A stretch of DNA of 64,000 nucleotides from Alphaproteobacteria bacterium. GTDB lineage: Bacteria; Pseudomonadota; Alphaproteobacteria; Holosporales; JBOFFI01. Made by a program: the position numbers and the translations under genes. This document shows positions 1-9,561 of this stretch, piece by piece (position 1 is the first letter of the stretch; the number at the start of each line of letters is the position of its first letter). A model generated the notes under the pieces. It worked only from the letters and a program-made list of their open reading frames with translations. It was not told where the DNA came from and did no database searches. The stretch is taken from contig JBOFFI010000035.1 in NCBI GenBank assembly GCA_051648545.1, positions 82,682-146,681 on the forward strand. The letters are read 5' to 3'.

Positions 1-1
1 T

Positions 2-1417
2 TTGACAAGTGTTGGGCTGGGTTATCTGTCCCTTTCGCGTTCTTCAGGGACCCTCTCAGGGGGCGAAAGTCAGCGCATCCGTCTAGCCTCCCAGATTGGC
101 TCAGGGCTGACAGGGGTGCTTTATGTGTTGGATGAGCCCTCCATCGGGCTTCACCAGCGGGACAACGATCGTTTGTTAGAAACTCTCAAGCGTTTGCGAG
201 ATTTAGGCAATACGGTGATTGTGGTGGAGCACGATGAAGACGCCATGCGCCAAGCGGATTATTTGGTGGATATGGGCCCCGGGGCAGGGCGTCATGGGGG
301 GCAGATTGTAGCCCAAGGAACTCCCCAAGAGGTGATGGACAACCCCGAAAGCCTCACGGGGGCTTACTTAACGGGGAAAAGCCAGATTCCAGTTCCTTCA
401 AAGCGTCGACCAGGCCATGAGGGAAAATATTTACATCTGGAGGGCGCGACAGCCCATAACCTGAAAGAGGTGACGGTGGACTTCCCTCTGGGGCGTCTGG
501 TCTGCGTGACAGGGGTTTCTGGTGGCGGAAAATCATCCCTGGTTATCGAGACCCTTTATAAAGCCCTGGCTCAGATATTTTATAAAAACTCAGACAAACC
601 GGGAGACTATAAACTTCTTGAGGGAACTGAACATATCGATAAAATTATTGATATTGACCAGTCACCCATTGGGCGCACCCCGCGTTCTAACCCCGCCACT
701 TACACTGGCGTGTTTACCCCCATCCGGGATTGGTTTGCAGCGTTGCCTGAAGCCAAGGCCAGGGGCTATAAAGCAAGCCGTTTCTCTTTTAATGTTAAAG
801 GAGGGCGCTGCGAGGCTTGCTCAGGGGATGGCATGTTGAAGATTGAGATGCACTTCCTTCCAGACGTTTATGTGACGTGTGATGTGTGTCAGGGTAAGCG
901 CTATAGCCGAGAAACCCTAGAGGTGCGTTTTAAGCAAAAATCTATTGCAGATGTGTTGGACATGACTGTTGATGAGGCCCTTGAATTTTTTGAAGCGATG
1001 CCGTCTATCCGAGATAAGCTACAAACCCTCTCCAAGGTGGGGCTTGGTTATGTCCACGTGGGTCAGCACGCCACCACCCTCTCAGGGGGGGAAGCGCAAC
1101 GCATTAAATTAGCCAAAGAACTCTCTAAACGGGCCACAGGCCGGACGCTCTATATCTTGGATGAGCCCACCACGGGGCTTCACTTTGAGGATGTTAAAAA
1201 GCTTCTGGAAGTGCTCCACGCGTTTGTCGACCAGGGGAATACGGTGCTGGTGATTGAGCACAACCTGGAGGTGATCAAAACCGCAGACTGGATTATTGAC
1301 CTGGGTCCTGAAGGGGGAGACGAGGGGGGGCGCATTGTGGCCCAGGGGACGCCGGAGGCGGTGGCCCATACGCCTGGAAGCTACACGGGCGCTTTCTTGA
1401 AACCGTATCTTTCCTAA
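2..1417 (+). CDS. uvrA: Excinuclease ABC subunit A, C-terminal ~470 aa (5' end outside window)
   Basis: ORF open at window edge; two ABC signature/Walker B pairs ([24 protein letters not shown] and [24 protein letters not shown]), Walker [10 protein letters not shown], UvrA zinc module [17 protein letters not shown]. Confidence 0.95.
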   Translation: MTSVGLGYLSLSRSSGTLSGGESQRIRLASQIGSGLTGVLYVLDEPSIGLHQRDNDRLLETLKRLRDLGNTVIVVEHDEDAMRQADYLVDMGPGAGRHGGQIVAQGTPQEVMDNPESLTGAYLTGKSQIPVPSKRRPGHEGKYLHLEGATAHNLKEVTVDFPLGRLVCVTGVSGGGKSSLVIETLYKALAQIFYKNSDKPGDYKLLEGTEHIDKIIDIDQSPIGRTPRSNPATYTGVFTPIRDWFAALPEAKARGYKASRFSFNVKGGRCEACSGDGMLKIEMHFLPDVYVTCDVCQGKRYSRETLEVRFKQKSIADVLDMTVDEALEFFEAMPSIRDKLQTLSKVGLGYVHVGQHATTLSGGEAQRIKLAKELSKRATGRTLYILDEPTTGLHFEDVKKLLEVLHAFVDQGNTVLVIEHNLEVIKTADWIIDLGPEGGDEGGRIVAQGTPEAVAHTPGSYTGAFLKPYLS

Positions 1418-1496
1418 ATTTTACAAAAATCAGCTATAAACCAGCACGGTTCAGTGATACCCTCTGGGGATCATAGCACAAAAATAAGGAGGCTAT

Positions 1497-2783
1497 ATGC
1501 CACGCATTCAAGGAATTCGAGGAAGGGAAATTTTAGATTCCCGTGGATTCCCCACCGTTGAAGTTGATGTGACCCTTGAGGGGGGAATCCGAGGGCGTGC
1601 CTGTGTCCCCTCGGGAGCTTCTACGGGCAGCCATGAAGCGTTGGAGCGCCGGGATGGTGATATGCGACGTTACCAAGGCAAAGGTGTTTTACAAGTTCTA
1701 CGCTCCATCCATGAGGTTATTGCGCCGGTTTTGCAAGGCATGCCTGCCCATCAGCAAGCTTTGATAGACAAAACGTTGATCAGCTTAGATGGAACGCCCC
1801 GAAAGATTAATCTGGGTGCGAATGCGTTGCTTGGGGTTAGCCTTGCTTGCGCTAAAGCCGTATCGATCTTTCTTAAAATTCCAGCCTATCAGTGGATCGG
1901 TGGCATGGTGAGGCAGCTGCCAGTTCCTTTGATGAATATTTTGAACGGTGGCGCCCATGCCAACAATCAGCTTGATTTTCAAGAATTCATGATTGTTCCC
2001 TGGGGGGCTACAACCTTTCGCCAATCCCTTGAAATGGGTGCTTCTGTTTTTCACACCCTGAAGCATCAGCTGGACAAAAGCGGGCAGGGGACCCATGTGG
2101 GAGATGAAGGAGGATTCGCTCCTTCTTTTCGCTCCACCCGGGAAGCGTTGGACAGTTTGATGGAGGCGATTACCCAAGCCGGTTTTAAACCTGGGCACGA
2201 TATAGCTTTGGCCCTGGATGTAGCGGCCTCAGAATTTCTTGAAGAGGGGGTGTATCACCTGAAGGGAGAAGGAAAAAAAGGGGATGCTGCTTGGTTGATT
2301 GCTTATTATCAGGCGCTTGTTAAAGATTACCCCATCGTCTCCCTTGAAGATAGCTTGGGAGAAGACGATTGGCAGGGATGGCAAGCCCTCACCAAAACCC
2401 TTGGAGGTACTGTTCAATTGGTTGGCGATGATTTATTCGTGACTCACCAAAGCCGCCTCAGCCAAGGTATTGAGCAGGGGGCAGCCAATGCCATCCTTAT
2501 CAAGCCTAACCAGGTAGGAACCCTCACAGAAACCCTTGATGTAGTGAAGGAGGCCCAAAGGCACGGCTATGGCACCATCATGTCTCACCGTTCTGGAGAA
2601 ACCGAAGATGGGTTTCTGGCGGATTTGGCCGTGGGGGCTCGTTGTTCCCAAATTAAAACGGGGTCGTTGGCCAGGTCTGAGCGGCTTAGCAAGTACAATC
2701 AGCTGCTTCGCATTGAAGAGGAGATGGAAAAGCAATCCATCTTTTGGGGGAAGCAAGCCTTTTCAGTAAGCCATCAATTTTAG
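1497..2783 (+). CDS. eno: Enolase (phosphopyruvate hydratase)
   Basis: 428 aa; motifs SGASTGSHEA, MNILNGGAHA, LIKPNQVGTLTET, SHRSGETED; SD AAGGAGG 1486-1492 before ATG. Confidence 0.95.
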   Translation: MPRIQGIRGREILDSRGFPTVEVDVTLEGGIRGRACVPSGASTGSHEALERRDGDMRRYQGKGVLQVLRSIHEVIAPVLQGMPAHQQALIDKTLISLDGTPRKINLGANALLGVSLACAKAVSIFLKIPAYQWIGGMVRQLPVPLMNILNGGAHANNQLDFQEFMIVPWGATTFRQSLEMGASVFHTLKHQLDKSGQGTHVGDEGGFAPSFRSTREALDSLMEAITQAGFKPGHDIALALDVAASEFLEEGVYHLKGEGKKGDAAWLIAYYQALVKDYPIVSLEDSLGEDDWQGWQALTKTLGGTVQLVGDDLFVTHQSRLSQGIEQGAANAILIKPNQVGTLTETLDVVKEAQRHGYGTIMSHRSGETEDGFLADLAVGARCSQIKTGSLARSERLSKYNQLLRIEEEMEKQSIFWGKQAFSVSHQF

Positions 2784-2837
2784 GGTGGCATTTTTCAAAT
2801 TCAAGGAGAGCCTCCTTTCTCTCGATTGTGTAAAAAT

Positions 2838-2884
2838 TAACAAGATATTGTGTGTTGCAAAAAAAAACAGACTAGATATAGTGG
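2838..2884. promoter_or_regulatory. Tandem NrdR boxes upstream of nrdA
   Basis: taACAAgATaTTGTGT (2838-2853) and agACTAgATaTAGTGg (2869-2884), each 14/16 to the NrdR-box consensus acaCwAnATnTwGtgt as I recall it; start-to-start spacing 31 bp; located 60-110 bp upstream of the RNR operon. Confidence 0.65.
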
Positions 2885-2944
2885 TTTTTAGATTTTAAGA
2901 AGTGGGTAAGTTTTTTTAAAAATTCACAAAAAAGCGATTCCACA

Positions 2945-4801
2945 ATGCGAGAGGAAAGCAAGATGCGGCAGGCAGGTCATCAAAAAAATCATCATCCCGA
3001 ATCGTTTTTTGCGGGGGTAGATCTTAGCCGAGATGCGCTTTTGACAGATTTTGGAAAAAAGACCCTCGAGAACCAATACCTTCTCCCAGGGGAACGTTAT
3101 CAAGATTTGTTCTTCAGGGCGGCGAAAGCCTACGGAGATGATGCTGCTCACACGGCTCGCTTGTATGACTATATTTCCAAGCTTTGGTTTATGCCTGCAA
3201 CGCCAGTTCTGGCAAACGGTGGGACTACCCGGGGCCTTCCCATTTCTTGTTTTTTGAATGAAGCGTCGGATAGTTTGGAGGGCATTGTTAACCTGTGGAA
3301 TGAAAACACATGGCTGGCGTCCCAAGGTGGAGGGATTGGAAGCTATTGGGGCAACCTGCGCTCCATCGGTGAAAAGATCAGCCGCAATGGAGAAACCTCT
3401 GGGATTATCCCCTTCATCAAGGTGATGGACAGCATGACCTTGGCTATTTCCCAGGGCTCATTGCGCAGGGGATCGGCGGCTATTTACCTTCCCATCTCTC
3501 ACCCAGAAATTGAGGAATTTATTGAGATTCGCAAGCCCACGGGAGGCGACCATAACCGGAAAGCGTTGAACCTGCACCACGGGATCGTCATCCCGGATGC
3601 TTTCATGGAAGCTGTTGAAAAAGATCTTCCCTGGAACTTATGCAGCCCAAAGGATGGCGCCGTTATTCGAGCCATTTCTGCACGCGCTTTATGGATCCGT
3701 TTACTTACCATGCGGGTGGAGATGGGGGAGCCCTACCTGCTGTTTATTGATCACGTCAGCCGAGGAAGGCCAGAGCACCAAAAAAAGCTGGGCCTTGAGG
3801 TGAAAATGTCCAACCTGTGCACGGAGATCACCCTCCCCACCGGTAAAGACCCTTTTGGGGAGGAGCGAACGGCGGTGTGCTGCCTTTCTTCTCTCAACCT
3901 CGAATATTTTCAAGAATGGGAGAAGGAGCCCCTTTTCATTGAAGATTGCATGCGTTTCTTAGACAATGTGTTAGAAGACTTCATCCACAAGGCACCCGCA
4001 AGCATGTCTCGGGCCGTTTATGCTGCAAAACAGGAGCGTTCTATTGGCCTTGGGGTGATGGGGTTTCATTCGTTCTTGCAATCCTTGCGCACCCCCTTTG
4101 AAGGTGTCATGGCAAAGGTTTGGAATGAGCGCATCTTTAAGCACATCCGCACCCAAGCGGATGCTGTTTCTCACAAGCTGGCCCAAGAGCGAGGGCCTTG
4201 CCCAGATGCCCAAGCTTGTGGCGTGATGGAGCGGTTTTCCAACAAGCTGGCCATTGCGCCCACAGCCTCTATTTCCATCATTTGTGGGGGGGCTTCCCCT
4301 GGTATTGAGCCTTATGTCAGCAATGCGTATACCCACAAAACCCTCAGCGGCTCGTTTCCCGTTCGCAATAAATATTTAAAACAATTGCTTCAGGAAAAGA
4401 ACCTAGACACCCCAGAAATTTGGACCTCTATTGTGCAACACGAGGGCTCGGTTCAGCATTTGGAAGGCCTCACAGATCTTGAAAAAGACGTTTTCAAAAC
4501 TGCGTTTGAGCTGGATCAACGGTGGCTGATTGACCATGCTGCAGATCGCCAGCCGTTTATCTGCCAAGCCCAATCCTTGAATATTTTCTTGTTGAGTGAC
4601 GTGCATAAGCGGGATTTACACCAAATTCACATGCGAGCCTGGAAAAAGGGTGTAAAAAGCCTTTATTATAACCGTTCTCGTTCTATTCAGCGGGCTGAAA
4701 ACACCTACTCAGCCCAAAAACCGCTTCAAGTCGTTTTTCCAAAAGAAAATGTCCAACCTGTGCTGCCTTTAAATTATGAGGAGTGTTTGTCTTGCCAGTA
4801 G
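2945..4801 (+). CDS. nrdA: Ribonucleoside-diphosphate reductase alpha subunit, class Ia, no N-terminal ATP-cone
   Basis: 618 aa; active-site loop MSNLCTEITLP, AIAPTASISII, C-terminal redox-shuttle cysteines YEECLSCQ; no VxKRDG-type ATP-cone motif at the N-terminus. True start may be ATG 2963 (GAGGAAA 7 nt upstream). Confidence 0.9.
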   Translation: MREESKMRQAGHQKNHHPESFFAGVDLSRDALLTDFGKKTLENQYLLPGERYQDLFFRAAKAYGDDAAHTARLYDYISKLWFMPATPVLANGGTTRGLPISCFLNEASDSLEGIVNLWNENTWLASQGGGIGSYWGNLRSIGEKISRNGETSGIIPFIKVMDSMTLAISQGSLRRGSAAIYLPISHPEIEEFIEIRKPTGGDHNRKALNLHHGIVIPDAFMEAVEKDLPWNLCSPKDGAVIRAISARALWIRLLTMRVEMGEPYLLFIDHVSRGRPEHQKKLGLEVKMSNLCTEITLPTGKDPFGEERTAVCCLSSLNLEYFQEWEKEPLFIEDCMRFLDNVLEDFIHKAPASMSRAVYAAKQERSIGLGVMGFHSFLQSLRTPFEGVMAKVWNERIFKHIRTQADAVSHKLAQERGPCPDAQACGVMERFSNKLAIAPTASISIICGGASPGIEPYVSNAYTHKTLSGSFPVRNKYLKQLLQEKNLDTPEIWTSIVQHEGSVQHLEGLTDLEKDVFKTAFELDQRWLIDHAADRQPFICQAQSLNIFLLSDVHKRDLHQIHMRAWKKGVKSLYYNRSRSIQRAENTYSAQKPLQVVFPKENVQPVLPLNYEECLSCQ

Positions 4802-4850
4802 CGAAGTTGATTGGCAGCTAAAAATAATTTTATACAAGAAAGGTTTTTCC

Positions 4851-5858
4851 ATGGCCGAGATTGAGACAGTTTCTCCCCTTTTTACCCGCAACCCCATTTA
4901 TAAGCCTTTTCGCTATCCCTGGGCTTATGAAGCTTGGCTCACCCAGCAGCGTATCCATTGGCTCCCTGATGAGGTGCCCCTTTCGGATGATGTGAAAGAT
5001 TGGAATTTCAAGCTTGCTTCTTCGGAAAAAAATTTGCTAACCCAGATTTTTCGTTTTTTCACCCAGTCTGATATTGAAGTTAACAACTGTTATATGCAGT
5101 ATTACAGCCGCATTTTTCAGCCCACTGAAATAAAGATGATGTTGGCTGCTTTTTCTAATATGGAAACCATCCACACCCAGGCTTATGCCCATTTGCTGGA
5201 CACGGTAGGGATGCCAGAGACGGAATACCAAGCTTTTCTTAACTATAAAGAGATGAAGGACAAGTGGGACTATATGCAATCCTTTGGAGGAGATTCCCTT
5301 CAGGATATTGCAACGGCTCTAGCCCTGTTTGGTGCCTTTACAGAAGGACTTCAGCTGTTTGCATCCTTTGCAATGCTGATGAATTTTCCGCGCTTCAACA
5401 AGATGAAGGGTATGGGACAGATTGTATCCTGGTCGATTCGGGATGAGACCCTCCACACCCACGCTATTATTCGTTTATTTCGTACATTGATTGAAGAGCA
5501 TCCGTCCATTTGGACCCCTGGGCTCAAACAAAAAATTTCGATGGTGTGTGAAACGGTGGTGCACCATGAAGATGCTTTTATCGATTTAGCATTTGAAATG
5601 GGCCCCATTGAAGGCCTTACAGCTGAAGAAACCAAGCGCTATATCCGTTATATCGCGGATCGACGGCTGCATCAGTTGGGTCTTGACCCCGTTTATCAAA
5701 TTGAAGCAAACCCGCTTCCGTGGATGGATGATATGATCAACGCTATGGAGCATACGAATTTTTTTGAAAACCGTGCCACGGAATATTCAAAAGCCTCCAC
5801 TCAAGGAACCTGGGATGAAGCTTTTGAGGATGAGGTTGCGGCGGCAATTTCTGCTTAA
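4851..5858 (+). CDS. nrdB: Ribonucleoside-diphosphate reductase beta subunit (tyrosyl-radical type)
   Basis: Di-iron ligand motifs NMETIHTQAYAHL (radical Tyr position present) and IRDETLH, FTEGLQLFASF; ATG 4851 chosen over the ORF-track start 4776, which overlaps nrdA. Confidence 0.9.
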   Translation: MAEIETVSPLFTRNPIYKPFRYPWAYEAWLTQQRIHWLPDEVPLSDDVKDWNFKLASSEKNLLTQIFRFFTQSDIEVNNCYMQYYSRIFQPTEIKMMLAAFSNMETIHTQAYAHLLDTVGMPETEYQAFLNYKEMKDKWDYMQSFGGDSLQDIATALALFGAFTEGLQLFASFAMLMNFPRFNKMKGMGQIVSWSIRDETLHTHAIIRLFRTLIEEHPSIWTPGLKQKISMVCETVVHHEDAFIDLAFEMGPIEGLTAEETKRYIRYIADRRLHQLGLDPVYQIEANPLPWMDDMINAMEHTNFFENRATEYSKASTQGTWDEAFEDEVAAAISA

Positions 5859-5923
5859 AGGTTTGCTGAGGAAGGCCTCCCCCCGTGGGGGGCCCTCTAT
5901 TCCTGCTTGTTTATCAGATTTCT

Positions 5924-6841
5924 TTATGATTTAACCCTAGGGCGCTTGAAAGGTTTTCCGTCTTGCGTTATGTCGAACGTTACATTTGTTTCCAAGGAAA
6001 GGTTTTCAACTGAGGTCGGTAAGTTTAGTGCAAAACTAACAGGAATTTTGCTTGGAATTTTTAACATAAAAATATCTAACGCTTTCATGCCGTCGATGTT
6101 TCTTTTCAAAAATGGATTTGAAAGAAATCTTAAAGGGGTTGTTTCTAAAGGCCTATATTGGATGCTTGAGCTAATTTTTAGATGCTTTAATTTGCCTGTT
6201 AGGGTTAAATTTGAAAAAATCTTTTGAACATCAAGCTGCTTTCCCCCCCAGGCTTCTCCTTCAAAAGCCAAATAGGTTACAGAGAAAGGTTTTTCTTCAA
6301 TAAGTTGTCGTAATCCAGAGATCACCCTTCCAGGGAGCTCGACGTTAAGCTGAAGAGCCTTCATCTGTTCCGAAAATTTTAAAAATGAATTTAATTCTTC
6401 TTTAATTTCTCTCATGTTTTTGCGTGTTAAACTGTTTTTCCAAGAAGGGACGATTAGATTTTTGTCAATCATTTCTCTAAAATCTTTGCATACAAGCCTA
6501 AGATTTTTTAATAATTCCAAGTGATTTTTCACCGGAGCTTGGAAAATGGTGAACAATATTTCATTGGGCAATTTTGGCATATCCGGAATCTTCTGCGGCG
6601 TGTTGAGAGGAGATGCTATTAAATCGTGAGGAAAAAGTTCATCTGTTGTTAGAGACAGCTGATTAGCGCTAAATCTGGCGCCATTGGTCATATTTGGAAT
6701 CTTGCTCGGAACATAGAAAAAATCATGAGGGAGAACTTTATTTGTTGTTAAAGGCTTCATAGCTTTTAATTGATGGGTATTAAAGCCAACGAACACCAAC
6801 CCGGCACCTAAAAAATGCCTTATAGAATAATTTTTAAACAT
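5924..6841 (-). CDS. F-box / leucine-rich-repeat-like protein (eukaryote-like, candidate effector)
   Basis: 305 aa; residues 91-128 LPNEILFTIFQAPVKNHLELLKNLRLVCKDFREMIDKN fit the F-box consensus; downstream LRR-like segments; hydrophobic N-terminus; gene visibly AT-richer than its neighbours. Confidence 0.7.
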   Translation of the reverse strand: MFKNYSIRHFLGAGLVFVGFNTHQLKAMKPLTTNKVLPHDFFYVPSKIPNMTNGARFSANQLSLTTDELFPHDLIASPLNTPQKIPDMPKLPNEILFTIFQAPVKNHLELLKNLRLVCKDFREMIDKNLIVPSWKNSLTRKNMREIKEELNSFLKFSEQMKALQLNVELPGRVISGLRQLIEEKPFSVTYLAFEGEAWGGKQLDVQKIFSNLTLTGKLKHLKISSSIQYRPLETTPLRFLSNPFLKRNIDGMKALDIFMLKIPSKIPVSFALNLPTSVENLSLETNVTFDITQDGKPFKRPRVKS

Positions 6842-6954
6842 ATTGAATCCATTTTTTAATAATAATTAAAAAATGATGTCAAAAATATGTTTTTTTGTCT
6901 ATTTTTTTTATTTTAGGCAATTTTTTGTTTTTTTAAGCTCAAAAAAAAGAAAAA

Positions 6955-8061
6955 TTACTCCACAAAATCATGCTGGATCTTGGCGGTAGTTTTGACGCCT
7001 ACGTCGTTATAATGCTCGGCGAGCCAGTCTTTCCCGGTCTTCCTGCCTTCGTTGTAGAGATGCTCCAAAAAGCTCCAGTCTGTATTCAAAGCGCTTGAGA
7101 TTTCAAGCTCTGAAAAGGTCTGCGCATTGCGGATAAGGTGAATGTTGAGGCGTTTGATCTTTTTTGGGTCCAATAACCCATCATCCATGAGTTTTGAGAT
7201 GAAGTTGATCGAACGCATCTCCCGCATTAAACAAGCGTTATAGGTAATTTCTTTGTGGCGGTCGATGATCTCCCGGGCGGTTTTGGGGAGGCCTTCCCGA
7301 TGCATGGCTGTGAGCTGAATCACCATCACGTCTGGCGTGTCGCATTCATAGATTAAGGGATAAATGGCGGGGTTTCCTACGAACCCACCATCCCAATAGT
7401 GTTCGCCGTTGATCTCAACCGCTTGGAAAAGGAACGGCAGACATGCGGAGGCTAGCAACACTTCAACCCGAAGGTCTTCCAGTCGAAAAATCTTTAATTT
7501 CCCTGTATTAACATGGGTTGCACACAAAAAGAGTTTAATATCTTTAAAATGCGAAAGCCGCTCAAATTCAAAAAAGCTTTTTGCAAAGGTTTCCAGGGGA
7601 TTGATATTGAAGGGGTTCATCTGGTAGGGAGAAAACATCCCTTGCAATAAACCCATCATGGCATAGCCTGGCGAATCTCCCAGGTTTGGATTTCCTGTGA
7701 GTTGGTTATATAAAGAAGGCTTAAAAGGACTGGTTGCACCATTGTCACTGATGGTTTTCCAAAACTTGCGAAGCTCTGCGCGGGCCCCCTCTTCTTTTCC
7801 CTTCATGTAGCCCTGAATGAAAGCAACCGCATTCATGCCACCTGCGCTGGTGCCACTGATACCTTCTATTTCCAGACGTCCATCTTCTAGCAAGGCGTCT
7901 AAAACGCCCCAGGTGAAAGCTCCATGTGCGCCGCCACCTTGAAGGGCAAGAGCCACCCGCTTCCGTTTCTTCGTGCCAGAAGTTGATGTGGATGCTTCTG
8001 CTGTTCCAGGGGTCTCTGGCGCAGCTTGGGATGGATTGTTTTTACCGTGTTTTGTAACCAT
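6955..8061 (-). CDS. Patatin-like phospholipase family protein
   Basis: 368 aa; oxyanion loop LALQGGGAHGAFTWGVLD, nucleophile elbow GTSAGG (GxSxG), catalytic-Asp region YWDGGFVGNP; 35-aa Ser/Thr/Pro-rich N-terminal extension. Confidence 0.85.
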   Translation of the reverse strand: MVTKHGKNNPSQAAPETPGTAEASTSTSGTKKRKRVALALQGGGAHGAFTWGVLDALLEDGRLEIEGISGTSAGGMNAVAFIQGYMKGKEEGARAELRKFWKTISDNGATSPFKPSLYNQLTGNPNLGDSPGYAMMGLLQGMFSPYQMNPFNINPLETFAKSFFEFERLSHFKDIKLFLCATHVNTGKLKIFRLEDLRVEVLLASACLPFLFQAVEINGEHYWDGGFVGNPAIYPLIYECDTPDVMVIQLTAMHREGLPKTAREIIDRHKEITYNACLMREMRSINFISKLMDDGLLDPKKIKRLNIHLIRNAQTFSELEISSALNTDWSFLEHLYNEGRKTGKDWLAEHYNDVGVKTTAKIQHDFVE

Positions 8062-8205
8062 TTTGATGCTTGTTTCCTTCCCTCAGACAAAAACCGTTCG
8101 TACAATTTGCCTGTTTAAAGCATAGCTAGCAGGTTATTAATTTTCATTTAAAATCAGGGAAAGCATTTGGTAAGGTTTGTGTTTAATAAACTCAGCAGCT
8201 ATGGC

Positions 8206-8937
8206 TCAATGGGGGCAAAACGCCTTTGCCGCTGCTATGAATGCTTCAAAAACTTTGTGGTCACAGGACGTGATGAAAAATTCAGGATGCCACTGGACTC
8301 CCACTCCAAAGGGATAATCCAGCATTTCAAACCCTTCAATCACCCCATCTGGCGCCAGGGCGTTGAGGCGCAGCCCCTTCCCAAGGGTCTCAACCGCTTG
8401 GTGGTGGGCGCTGTTAACGTGCGCTGTTGCTGATCTCACGATATCCCTTAGATAGGTTCCCTCTAAAATCTCAATCCCGTGACTTGTTTCATGGCGCGGA
8501 TTCGGCTGTTCATGGGGCAAAGCGTTGGGAATAGTATCAGGAATATGCTGAATGAGGGTTCCACCAAGGGCCACATTTAAAAGTTGCGCCCCTCCACAAA
8601 TGCCTAAAATAGGCATCTTCCGTTCAAGGGCTTTGGAGAGAAGCGCTAGCTCAAATTGTGTGCGTTTGGGTTTCAGATGTACCTTCGGGTGAACCTCTTT
8701 TTTTCCTGAAAAATCAGGGCTCACGTCAAATTTTCCACCTGTAATTAAAAGCCCTTGGATGCAAGAAAGGTATTTGTCAATGTGCTCCTCCACATAAGGA
8801 AAGAGAAGCGGGGCCCCGCCTTTTTCAGCAATCGACGTGCAATAGTTCTCCCGCAAAACATACCAGGGATAGCGGGAATAACGAGCCGCATCCCCATCGT
8901 TCTCATAATCTAAAGGAATTCCAATAAACGGCTGCAT
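8206..8937 (-). CDS. Class I glutamine amidotransferase / peptidase C26 (gamma-glutamyl-GABA hydrolase-like)
   Basis: 243 aa; nucleophile motif ILGICGGAQLLN, HHQAV, GVQWHPE. Confidence 0.8.
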   Translation of the reverse strand: MQPFIGIPLDYENDGDAARYSRYPWYVLRENYCTSIAEKGGAPLLFPYVEEHIDKYLSCIQGLLITGGKFDVSPDFSGKKEVHPKVHLKPKRTQFELALLSKALERKMPILGICGGAQLLNVALGGTLIQHIPDTIPNALPHEQPNPRHETSHGIEILEGTYLRDIVRSATAHVNSAHHQAVETLGKGLRLNALAPDGVIEGFEMLDYPFGVGVQWHPEFFITSCDHKVFEAFIAAAKAFCPH

Positions 8938-8952
8938 GACATCAAAAAGCGC

Positions 8953-9465
8953 TTATTCAACGGTTAGCCCGAGGTGCTCCCGCACTTTCGCAGCCGCCTC
9001 CTCTCCATCCCAATCAACTTTTCCCCGATAACGAAACACTTCTTTTCCTTCCGCATTCAGAAAAATCGTGAGGGGAAGCCCCCCGCCAGCCGCACAAAAA
9101 GCCTTTGCAATTTCGCCTTTATCATCGTGGTAGAGTTTTAGATGTTGGATGTCTTTATCTTTAAAGGCTAAAAACCCACGTCCCACCTCAGGCTCAAGGA
9201 GAATCGTTAAAACATCTCCGCCCTGCTTACGCATCTTCACCGCAAGGGCGTCAAGGGAAGGGAGCTCCGCAACGCAATAGCCGCACCAAGAAGCCCACAG
9301 GTTAATGATTAAAGGCTTCCCTTTAAACTCATTTAAGTTGTGAGATTTCGCACCTTTTTCAATGAAGGAAGGGTTGCCGACAGCAGCACTCACCCCAGAA
9401 GAGGGAAGCAAAGACGCAACCGCATACGCAAGACCAGCCGCAAAAGCGACGCCACCTAATATCAT
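8953..9465 (-). CDS. TlpA-family thiol:disulfide oxidoreductase (thioredoxin fold, membrane-anchored)
   Basis: CxxC motif WASWCGYCVAELP after an N-terminal TM segment. Start set at ATG 9465 (AAGAGG upstream), which leaves room for a divergent promoter; the ORF-track start is 9543. Confidence 0.75.
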   Translation of the reverse strand: MILGGVAFAAGLAYAVASLLPSSGVSAAVGNPSFIEKGAKSHNLNEFKGKPLIINLWASWCGYCVAELPSLDALAVKMRKQGGDVLTILLEPEVGRGFLAFKDKDIQHLKLYHDDKGEIAKAFCAAGGGLPLTIFLNAEGKEVFRYRGKVDWDGEEAAAKVREHLGLTVE

Positions 9466-9561
9466 CCAAGTATACCTCTTTAAAAACACAATATCTATTG
9501 CACCCCAACATTTTTGCCCATTATAATCCAGTAGATAAGCCATTTACAAGGAGAATTTTAC

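Noticed and set aside
4776-4850. Upstream extension of nrdB (MRSVCLASSEVDW...)
   Set aside because: It overlaps the nrdA C-terminus and has no NrdB-like sequence. ATG 4851 (MAEIETVSPLF) is the plausible start. The same logic applies to the rplI extension 35954-36040 and the yidD extension 27683-27748.
5871-5900. C6-GT-G6 run after nrdB as an intrinsic terminator
   Set aside because: Only about 5 bp can pair with a minimal loop, the flanks do not extend the stem, and there is no clean T-tract. It is too weak to annotate.
5924-8061. Possible CBASS-like pair (patatin effector plus cyclase)
   Set aside because: The gene downstream of the patatin has no nucleotidyltransferase GS..DxD motifs and instead carries an F-box. 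The patatin resembles the common housekeeping-type family rather than CapV. The genes are separated by a 113-bp AT-rich gap and differ in composition.
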